This document shows positions 40,001 through 50,800 of a stretch of DNA of 64,000 nt, in pieces. The notes under the pieces were generated by a model that made no database searches, had not been told where the DNA came from, and worked only from the letters and a program-made list of their open reading frames with translations. The translations under genes and the position numbers were made by a program. The stretch is taken from positions 2,976,001 through 3,040,000 of the forward strand of contig JAYWIR010000020.1 in NCBI GenBank assembly GCA_036172245.1. The letters run 5' to 3'. Numbering within the stretch: position 1 is the stretch's first letter; every line of letters begins with the position of its first letter. This DNA comes from Raillietiella orientalis. Taxonomy: Eukaryota.

Positions 40001-43000
40001 GTTAAGTTGTATTCTAGCCAGACCTTCTAATTCTTTCGAAACCGGACCACTCGTTCGACGACACTTGCACTTTTTCCAAATGGCCTGCGACTCCCATCCT
40101 CATGCTCCTGTTGCTCCTTCCAGCGGACCCAACGAAAAACCACACCTCCTATTAAGTATCTTTCACACATTTTGGTTTCACCGTATGGCCAGAATGTCAC
40201 CAACGCACTCGCTATTCGTTTCGGCAGTTAGGAGGCGTTACCTCACTTCACTTTTTGAACTGAAGGCGCTTTTGCTCTCTTTTCAGAAACCGCAAGATCT
40301 CAGCATCACAAAGCCTTCTCAAGCATAATTCCGTTCACAAAATGTCCCCTTTCCGTATGGCTAACTGCTGCAACTGAATCGAGCAATCAAGACTCGAATC
40401 TACATAAATGGGGTGCAACGGAATCAAGAGCTGAAACCGAGAAGAGCTCATCTGTCTAAATCAAATTACACTTGGCAACACATACTCTAATTACAAGGAT
40501 CCCATTTCAGTCGAACAAGAACCAAAAAAAAAAAAAAAAAAGGTCGATGAGGGCAGTCGTGACCGTCTCAACAAACCTACGAAATCATCCACTCTCTCAA
40601 TCTTGAAATTTACGTTGAAAGACTCAACAAGTAACGATAAGAGGTACGTTGAATACCGATTGTACACTCGAGCAAAAAAACCGCGAAACGTCTCCACTCA
40701 AAGGACCGTTCCATCACACACACACGAGACTTGACAAGAAGTCAATTTACAGTTTTACAACAGTGACAATAACGCTCAAAACTCTTTTAGAAGGTAACTA
40801 CCACTGGTTTAATTCAGCAAACCTTGGCAATTTGTTGACTCACTCATCAGAATTCTTCAGATGGAAGTTGACAGCTTTCGACATGAGCAACGTAATGATA
40901 GGCCTAATTGATTTTCCTTTTCCATCGAAGTAATACGAAGAAAGTTCTTGCAGCTCCGTTTCCAACGTCTCCAGTTCCTTAAAATACAAAAGGACGGGTA
41001 AATGAGACGTTTAACAAACACAGGCTTGCCAGCTCATTACGATCGTAATCACTGGTGACATGTTTCATTCAAACGACTGCTTTTCTTCATCTATTTACCC
41101 AAAAGCATTGATTGTGCTTTCTAATTTTGTGCTCTGCTGCCTGCAGCGAACTGCATGTTTCTATGGAAGTATTTGCTTGGAAGCACACTTCCTTCTCAGA
41201 CTTATCCGAGAATTTACTGTGCCCGGTTCCTACGCATTCATGCGGATAATGAATTCATGCACGCCAGATTGTATGCAAATCCAAATAAAAGCAGCTCATT
41301 AAAGGCAAATCTGTTTGCCAAAAGATTACGAAATTTGGAACACTGGAATCGCAAGGCAGTGAATTCGAAATGGACAGACATCGGTGCAACGCAATCAGTG
41401 TGCTTCATCAAGTTGTAGTGCTGATGAATGTGCAAGAGAACGCGAGTGCTCATCGTCAGTGTTCCTTGCGTACATGTTAAAAGCACTCTTACGATGCCCG
41501 ATGGTTTGAGATTTCGTTACAGAGGACAAGAGTGGATTCAAACATGGGAAAGGAAACCCGATTTTCAGACCGATTCCATCCAGGCCGGAAGACCCTGCTG
41601 CACATCTTCGAGGAACAGCTCTCGAATCGATGAAAAATGAGTTACAGTAGGAATCTGGTTTTGACAAGTATCCGGGCTACATTCGACGGGGAATCAAGTT
41701 ATAGGGATATTCCCTATTCATAGATTTCCAAGAAAGATTTGCCTTTAACATCCATCCATCCAACACTTCTTCTTCTTCTTTTTTTTCCAATTTCGAAAGT
41801 CATCCTCACCAGATGTTTCCATATTAAACCAGAGGTCGCCACCACAAGGAAATTCAAACAAAAACTGAAAACACACAAACTTGACGATTGAACATGTCTT
41901 TCGGTATCTCAGCATTTTGGATACTCAAGAACACTTCTGATATGCATGCACACCATCCAGTTAGAACTGGATTTAAAAACAAGTATGCTTTTTGCACTTA
42001 TATTTCATGAATATCCGATAAGCAGAGCACTGCTTATGCATCAGATAAAAATGCATTGAAATATATTTGCATGCACCTCACACTGAAACTATGAATCTGC
42101 GTGAAATGTGAAACCATGCGAGATGAAACTTTCTGAACTGACGTTCAATTGTCCAGACTCTGATCTGGATTGACGCTCCACATTCGATGATGGAAGAGCC
42201 ATAAAAATAAAGTTGGTTGCTGACATGCGTGATGGAAACGCAGTGACTTGAAGCCCAATTTCTATAGAAGACTTCCTGATTAAAGAGGCTAGACAATTAG
42301 GAAGCATTCGAAAACGAAAATCTAAAGCTGATCTTTCAACAGATCCAGCAGCAAAACGAACTAAAGTCCGTAGAACACGAAGCTGAATGCGGATGGAAGC
42401 CGCAGACGATCAGATGTGTACGGAATGTACACGGAATAGGAATGAACAACAACCCGATGCACATTCCGGGAACTGCAGCTGAAGCAAGACCAAACATGCA
42501 ATCCAAATTGTAGGAGTGAGTTCCGGGAACGAATCCATCATTACTGGCATTTACTGGCAACTCACACCAATGATACGAACGAAATATTCCGTAGAAAGAT
42601 GAGTTACTTACTGAGCGTATATTCGAATGCAAAGATGCAATATCTGCGGCTGTCAAAACTAAAGGATCGAAGTTGAGATTGTTAAATCCGAAACAGCGTT
42701 TCTGTTGCTTCCCGAAGACCTTGGGAGTGGCCAGCAGGTGGAAGGGCCTTAACCACTGATAAACAAAGAAAAGGTTACAAAAGATGGCATGTATTGACCG
42801 GCACAAATCTATAGAATCTACTACATGATTAGTGAAAAATCAGTCGCAGCAAAGCATTATCTCTATGAAATAAAAACAGTGGAATGTTGATTGAATGAAT
42901 GCGTCTTCACGAAAATGCATCCATACTTTTGATTCCTCACTCTGAAGATGATCGTGCAGCGGAGTCAAAATAAATGACACAACTGGCGCTTATCAATTTA

Positions 43001-44451
43001 TAATTCGTTCGCCTTCCTTCCTTCATGACCCCGAAAGTTTTCACGTTTAAAATGCTACATTCTTGTTGAGTATTTTTCTACATCAAAAACTGAATATTTC
43101 AACTCTACAGTTTCGGGACCACGAATACGTAGCACGTCTACCTTACAGATAAGTTTGTTAATGCCTTATTATCCACGTGTATTTTCATTTTTCAGTGATA
43201 CCAGAAAAACAAAAAGACTCCGATAACCTGAAATACGTGAATACTGATTTAAGCAATCTAGACAGTCTAGCTTTGATGATTTGTGTCAATCTTTAAGGTA
43301 ATATTATTCATGACAAAAAAAAATATTTATATGGTCATGTAAAATGGTTTTTTGTTATTTCCAACTAGCATATTTAGTGTTTGGATAAAAACGGGCAAAC
43401 CCATTGGTTTATGAAAGAATAATGAGAAAATCGTCTGTAGCTCTAAAAGTTAAGCATACTGAAAGGGTGTCCACTTATGCATATAACATTTTGAAAGATA
43501 TACATTAATTTATGAAAACATTCCAAATTTTGAATGTATGACACAGCTGTGGAATCGAAATGGAAGCAACATTAAGAGAGATACCCTTAACATAATCAGA
43601 AGAACCAAGGAAGAAGTTTCACGTACAATAATAATAAAAGTGCATTCTTCGCTTTTGTACAATTTGCTATGAATTTATTTCATCCTTCCGTCTTACTAGT
43701 TCAAATTTAAGCTTTTTGAATGCGTGTCAGACTGATGACCGTATATGACTATGTACCGTACATATATTTGAGACATAATTAATAACTTTTAATTGACATC
43801 GTCTTAACATTATGACAGGCATGCGTATTGCCAGATCCTTTACAATTGCTTTATAATTTTTATTTTAAAAACATCAAGCCAACATAATAAATGCTAACTT
43901 ATTTCTACTGACATGGCATTCTTAACTTCGTGCCTTTTTTGAAAAACATTCTCCATTACAACAAATTCTTGCTTCGTTGAAAACAATTAGTAAACGAAGT
44001 TCGCTTTCCATGAGAATCTTCAAAGTGAACACACAATACAGTCCAAACAGAGCAAAACTTTAAAAAAAAATAATCGATATGTGAAAATTGGTTCGAGCAA
44101 GTCATCCCCAGAAACTGCGGTCAGCATAGTTACGGACACAGCGAACTCAAGAACCTTTCAATGGCAAAATGTACTTACTACATCATGTTTTAAAAAATAT
44201 TCTGTCAGGTACGTTGCCGACGAGTAGGAAATTGATGTAGAAAACAACTGCCACAATTTCATCACTCCAGATACTTCCTCAATGTTACGGTACTGTTGCT
44301 GGCAACGCGGTAAGAGTGCTTTCCGACCAAACCTTCCTTTCCAACTACACGTTGCTTCCCACTGGAGACCGCACCACCTCAAGGTGCTTGAACTGTGAGG
44401 TAGTCTTTTGAGGATTTGAAAACGCGGAGGCATTGCCTGGATTATGCTCAT
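37016..44451 (-). CDS. PDSS1: Decaprenyl-diphosphate synthase subunit 1 (all-trans-polyprenyl diphosphate synthase, CoQ side chain; Drosophila qless orthologue)
   Basis: Exons on minus: 44451-44179 (start uncertain; alternative ATGs at 44433 and 44262), 42755-42612, 40977-40844, 37959-37821, 37758-37339, 37237-37016 (TGA). All are GT-AG with matching phases; about 443 aa from the first ATG. Motifs: YYFDGKGKSIRP, EMIHCASLVHDDVVD..RRG (first Asp-rich motif), GDFIL, KTASL, GIAFQLIDDLLD (second Asp-rich motif), LGKPAAADLCLGLATAPVL. Both DDxxD motifs are intact, which favours PDSS1 over PDSS2. Confidence 0.93.
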
Positions 44452-44610
44452 ACTTGAATCTCTGTTCTTGTATCTCTACTGAATTTAAAGCTTTGGGAAG
44501 AAGCCCTCAAAGAAAGCTTTGGGATTTCTCAAACCACGGTTACACATGCGATTGGACAAAGAAAACTGCAATAGGGAAAAATAAAGTTTCAATAACTCAA
44601 GGCAGCAATC
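44452..44610. promoter_or_regulatory. Putative bidirectional promoter between PDSS1 and mRpL32
   Basis: The divergent start codons at 44451 (-) and 44611 (+) are 159 nt apart, or about 350 nt if the PDSS1 start is 44262. Inferred from gene geometry only; no core motif identified. Confidence 0.55.
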
Positions 44611-45582
44611 ATGTGGAAATTCGTTCTCCAATGTGTAAAACAAATAGAAAATTCAATGAACAAATTTCAGAATTGTGTCACCGACATGCATGTGGTTTTT
44701 CATGGTAAGCATGTACAATATGCTTATTTTGAAAATTTTATGTAGTGGGAGTATGGAATCAGGCATTTTAAATAAAAGTAGTAGCTCAACTGCATGTACT
44801 TCAGCAATTAATTTATGTGGACTGTATGAACGAAGGTTTGAAAAGTAGCTTAATAATATGAAATAACTTAATGATGAGTATGAACTCCTTTTACAGTCTA
44901 AAGAGAAAATGAACAATAAATGTAAACTTCGTTTTTCTTTTCTCCTACAAGCCTCTGTGTATCAACATTAAAAGAAACTTTTAAGATTTAGTGGGAATGA
45001 GAGGAGCAGCTGTTTCCTTATGGCCTTCAACAAATTTGGGTGCTTGCCCAAATGCCTGGAATGGGCTCTTATTTGCTGTACCCAAGCATAGAAAAACAGT
45101 ACAAAAAAGAACAACAAAAAAATTTGGTGCAAATAAGCTCCTGAGGCCACGCTCTGATTTAGCAATTTGCAATGACTGTGGCAATTACTATGAGTTTGGC
45201 CGCTTATGCCGTAAGCCTAGCAAACCAAACTTTACATGAATTTGAATGTTTTCCAGCTATTTGTTACAAAAGAGTTATGGATGAAACTCGAGCAATAAAT
45301 GATGCCATTCAACAAAAATTGCAACTTAATCCAGTAGAACATGATGTGGTTGTGCTGTATAAGAATGAAAAGCAAGACGAATCTGCAGTAATAGCAATGA
45401 GTCATTGATAACTAAATCTTTCTTATGAATAGGATAAATGTTTTGTTGAGATGCCAAAGGTCCGCCCTTCCTGGTTTTCACCTAATCTTCTGCAAAAAGC
45501 CATAACCCAGCCAGATTCTCAACAAGCTCTGGAACCCTCAGCTCCAATGCAAGCAATTGTGGATATGGAGAAAAAAGAATAA
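44611..45582 (+). CDS. MRPL32: Mitochondrial ribosomal protein L32 (bL32m)
   Basis: Exons: 44611-44704, 44986-45210 (alternative in-frame acceptor giving 44992), 45257-45387, 45433-45582 (TAA); 199 aa. Motifs: LFAVPKHRKT, zinc-finger CNDC...LCPICY, VVVLYKNE, VEMPKVRPSWFSPNLLQK. An N-terminal presequence precedes AVPK. Confidence 0.92.
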
Positions 45583-45629
45583 GAACAGAAATGCTAAAAA
45601 AACATGCAAAGTCTAATAATATTGGTTGT

Positions 45630-45635
45630 AATAAA
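45630..45635 (+). terminator. Polyadenylation signal (AATAAA) for mRpL32
   Basis: First canonical AATAAA downstream of the mRpL32 stop, starting 48 nt after it. Confidence 0.55.
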
Positions 45636-45637
45636 AA

Positions 45638-47824
45638 TCATTCTGAAGATTGTGGTGCGGCTGTTTCCAGAGGCATTTGCTCAAATGGTTGATTAACCTG
45701 TTGTTGCCCTGACCCATCATGATGGGATTCTGCATTGTTTCTTTCAGGAAATGGCATCTGAGAAGTATTCAATGGGGCTCCTTTTACCTCTCCTTCAGGA
45801 GAGAGCTCATATGCTAAAGGAATTTTTGTATCTCCCGTAGTTTGATGGGGATCTCCTGATTTGTGAGCTACATCTCTTCCACGATGATGATTTCTACATG
45901 AAAATTTAGCTCAATGACTTAAGATATTCACTACACTCACTTCTGAACAGAAGATTGTGAAGAAGAAGAAGGAGAACGAGCTTTTTTACGATAATGATGT
46001 TCTTGTTGTCTGCAAGATTTACAAGCTAATATCTTGCTTGCATTTTAAATTAATGTAGATACCTGCGATGTCTTAGTTCACGCTCTTTACGACGACGCTC
46101 AATCTCTTCATCTCTCCGGCGTTGCCTCTCTAATAAGCGTTCCTCCTCCCTCTGGCGCCTTTCATGCTCTCTCTTTTTGCGTTCATCTTCTTGCTTCCGC
46201 CTTTCCTCTTCCCTTTGGCGCCGACGCTCCTCCCTCTTTTCTTCATCCTCTTTCAACCTCTACACCAATTTTTTTATCTGCAAAACCAGTTACTCACCTC
46301 CAAATCACTCATTTTGATGGTCCTATTCTGAGCCTGCTTCCAATGAGGAGGTGTATATGAGCGAGAGCGGCTACGTGAAGGAGTACGATAACGCTAGGAG
46401 TCATCCACTGCACTATGCTCTCAATTAAGCCACTCACCAAAAAACCCCGCCCTTTGATTTTTCGGCCACTTTTTGTATATCCCCGGAAACGTCTTCCTGT
46501 TTTCCTTTCCCCATTTCGTTCAGCTTCCTCAGCAGGAGGAGGATCTGAACGTAGCAGAAACTTATTCACTGGCACTTCAGGGATCTCTCCTGGATCAATA
46601 TTAGTCACTGTTACCAAAGGATGTTCCCTTGGAGGACTAGCTGCCTTTGTTTCATTTTTGGAAACTGGCTCCTCCTCTTGATCTCTTTAAAGTAATTATA
46701 AATTGTTTCTGGTAGGACAAGAAAAGAAAAAAAAACTAACCGCTCTTTTGGGTGATCTTTTTTTTGTTTTTTCTTGTTTCGATGGCGCTCAGCAGTACTA
46801 CTAGAACTGCTAGAAGAGCTACCACTCTTTCGTTCTGCTTTACGCTTGCGATCTAAAGAAATATTCACTACTAATTCACAATGATCATGATTACCTTTGT
46901 CCTTATGACGATGCAGTCGGACCAGCTGGCCACAGTTTGCAATGGTAGCTTCTGTGAGTGGACGGCTCACTGTATCAACAGGCAAGCCTTCAATCTGACG
47001 TACTACCTCTTGTCCTGACAGGACATGTCCAAAAACCACATGGATGCTAAGAGAAGTTATAAGAATTTTTATGCCAAGTTTCCAAATTATACTTACCCAT
47101 CCAGGTGAGGTGCAGGTTGTGTTGTTCTGGATACAACAAGAATCATTATCAAAGCAATGAGGGCAATGCAGTAATAGGTTGGCGGGGGTAGACCCCCGGC
47201 ACCCTGGCACAAAACTTCCCTCTGCAGTATAAGCAGTGTGTAACCCTAGCCAATGCACTCTGTCCCTTAAACCCCCACCTCTAGTTGCGACCTTGTCAGT
47301 TCTATTTTATGTCTTCTATTCACATTTTCACAACCATTCCATACTTACATAAAGAACTGAGAACCATTGGTATTCTTTCCTCTGTTGGCCATTGATAGCA
47401 AGAAAGGACGATCATGTTTTAGAGAAAATGACTCATCTAGCAAAATATAACAGTACATTACATTTTATAAAACCCATATGCAACCTTCAAATGTGCCTCC
47501 ATAGATTGATTCTCCTCCAGATCCATTGCGTGCTGAGAAGTCTCCACTTTGAATCATAAAATCTTTGACAACACGATGAAAAATGACTCCTTGATAATGA
47601 AGAGGTTTCCCAGATATTTTTCCATCACCTTTTTCTCCAGTGCAAAGAGCTCGAAAGTTTTCACATGTGACAGGGCAAGTTTCATTAAATAGCTCAAACA
47701 CTATACGACCCACAGGGTTTCCTCTTATCTCGATATCAAAGAAACATCGTACACGAAGTTCTTTATCATGTTTAGATTTTTTCTTTTTTTCTCCACTTCC
47801 CTTATGGGAGGTACTGACAGTCAT
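45638..47824 (-). CDS. PPIG: Peptidyl-prolyl cis-trans isomerase G / Moca-family SR-cyclophilin (PPIG/NKTR-like)
   Basis: Exons on minus: 47824-47485, 47436-47349, 47126-47097, 47046-46895, 46852-46741, 46684-46438, 46393-46298, 46259-46063, 46009-45941, 45893-45638 (TGA); 528 aa, all phases match. Cyclophilin domain: [89 protein letters not shown], with His at the CypA-Trp121 position. It is followed by an S/K-rich tract, the Moca motif [13 protein letters not shown], then [28 protein letters not shown] and an R/E-rich coil. An acceptor at 47833-47835 implies a 5'UTR intron. Confidence 0.93.
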
Positions 47825-50800
47825 TTTTGATTCTTAAAGACAAAAATTAATAAATATCAAATGCACAATTCCTTTCTCATAAACAATTCATCAAAATGAG
47901 AAAAAATATACACAATATGAGTGCTACAATCCTGACATTTCTGCTGAAAATGACAGTTATAAACTTTTCAAAAGAAGTGCAATTTCTCTGATTTCAAACA
48001 AAATAATAATTACCTTAATCAAACATGTAAAAATGAATACTGATAGCATTATAATTTATTTACTCAGTCCAAACTAATGATACACCAAAATATGTATTAT
48101 GAATTGGACCATGCTCAAGGAATTTCCATCATGTACAAAAAATCAAAAGCTGTTCTACATAGATGATTTTGCAGGTTAAAAACAATTCTAATAAAACTCA
48201 TTAGTATTTACTTGCAAATAAATGGCTAATAGTAAGGGAGGAGGTGAGAGAGACATAAACAAAGAATTTAATATTTTAAAGCAGGAATAAGCATGATACA
48301 TTTAAATCAGATAAGCTGGTCACTTCTGAATAAGTAAATAATAATAAACACTTAACTTTCTGATTACATAATGCCTCCAAACATCCCAATATCAAATGTA
48401 TCAGCAAAATAAACAAATATTTACATTGGTCATTATAATTTTAATTACTTAATACATAAATTTTTTTTGTTTATACATGTATGTTTCCCTCTCAATTGTT
48501 CTAGGAGCACACAACTAACTCTACGCTAATCGTAAACATATATAAGTAAATAATTCAAAATATTCAACACAACCCCAAACAGTAATTTTAATAATATGTT
48601 TTGAAATGGATATATATAAAATAAATACTTCACTGGGAAATATATAAATTTACAAAGAAAACAAGCCAAGTTGCATGGATTCCAAGAGATTACTTTCAGA
48701 ATTTAAGACTGCAAATTTGATATATTCTGTTACTATATACGTAAAAATATATCAACAAAATATCCTCAAAAATTTCCATTATGCAACAGAGCACCAAAAA
48801 TGTAGAATGAATCTCAGTCTGGAAAAATACTGTTACAAATACATCACACTCATAGCTTTTTGTTTTTGAATACGGATATCCACAATATACGATAAATCTC
48901 CAGCTTAAGTGCTTATCTTCATAGGTTACAGTTTTTACATCTAAAATGATATGCACCGGGCACTCATTCTAAAGCTGCAAAAGTTCTTGCTTTCGTGTTC
49001 TAGATCATGGTTTCTCATTTGAAATGACCGTTATTGTCACCTACTTATTTAGAAACTACCTCCCTATTTAGCGAACCCTAATGAAGGAATGGATTTTTCT
49101 GCATAACTAACATAATACGGGATAAGTTGTCAATAGACATTGTAATCATAATACACATTGCTACAAAAGAAGACACAATTGCAATACTTGATTACTTGTC
49201 TAAAAACTTCTCAACAGAACAATTTAAAATTAGAATTCACCTACAGTAGCAAAATAAATTTACAAACATTGAAGTTCAAACATATTTTATTACAAATTCT
49301 ATTGCTAGTAATTTTCGTAATTACGGCACTACTCTTGCCAGTCGTTAAAAGCAATGTTCACTTATTTTATTAAATGTACATTGGTTTCGTTATCATAAGC
49401 TGTAGTTTCTTTTTTAAATTATTAAATATTTAATGATGGATTTTTTAAGCATTATATGTTATGAGTATTCATGTATATTAAGTAGGCTGATTGATAATAC
49501 ACAATAAATAATATGCACCTTTATACATTGTACATGCGTAAGAGAAACACAAATTAATCTTACAAAACGTTCTTCTTTCAAAAGACTTTCAGTAATGTTC
49601 AAATCCTCAGCATAAAGAATTTATAGTTTAATTCATTAATCTATGACATTTCATAAATAGTGATATATTGAAATGAATCTAATATCGATGAATATATGTG
49701 CATTAATACATCCTCTCATTAGACACTCAATCCAAACAAATGATTAGTTCTTTAAAATCTCGAAAATCTATCAATCACTGGTATCATCAGATACATATGA
49801 TGAAAAATGAATGCCTTTTTAACTTTTCAGTGTAATCACGTGGCAAAAAATTATGAATTCGATTTTCATGGGATGATTTGACGTACTCATTGCACTTATT
49901 CATTACAGAGCATCACTGTCTTGTGTGGTAGATTTTCAAAGATTTGTTTTCTCGAATGTTTGGTAGACAGTTTTTAATGCTTGCATGTTACAAAATAAAA
50001 GCATTTCTGTTCTCAATATTTAAGAATTTGTGCGCATTTCTGCATAAGGTCGATAAATTCTGCATTTTGATATCGAAGAGATCGTATTTCTTCAAAAAGT
50101 CAATTCCTTCCCTTCCAAGTCATTTTTGTTCATTGCGTGAGTTACTCTACTTTCACGACATATTTGTGATCTCCAAAACAAACGTGTTCAAGTAACGTGG
50201 GTCAAAATATTTCAGTCCTTATATATCTAAAGTTTCACTCTACTATTTAGTGCTTCCATCTTTTTAAGAATCAGATCGCCTTGTGTCTTTTTCACTGGAA
50301 CCACTACACAACTTGAGAGTATATTCTGGTTCAGGATTAAACTTAGGGATTCAGAATGACATTTAGTCACTTTAACTTCAGTATATGTCGCAGAATTTGA
50401 TTTACGGAAATCAAAAAAATTTAAGAAATCCCCAAAATTGTATTGTTTGTTTATGCTTTTAAAGAATGGAGTTTGAAAAATGCTGAAATTCTGCCAGTGA
50501 TGACCCACTTTTATTTTCAGACAATTTACAATTTCTTCTAAGTTTGGCAACATCATTATCTGATTATGGCAGAAATGAGTTTTGAACTCATAAATAATGA
50601 CAAGTATGAATACGAGATAAGAAATCTGTCTTGAGATATAGGCACACGAAACAGGGATCTCCTATAACCCTAATACTGACAATGTGAGAGATGATCACTG
50701 AGCTGATAGTATTCTGTACCATGTATTCTGTACATAGTATTCTGTATCGGTACATACAAGCTTTTCAAATTTAAGAACTCCTGTAAATCATGAAATTACT

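Noticed and set aside
47090..47100. atacttaccc resembling the U1 snRNA 5' end
   Set aside because: It is the reverse complement of a PPIG 5' splice site (GG|GTAAGTAT).
46611..47258. 215-aa ORF as a stand-alone gene
   Set aside because: It is a read-through of PPIG introns and exons; the spliced model restores the conserved cyclophilin sequence.
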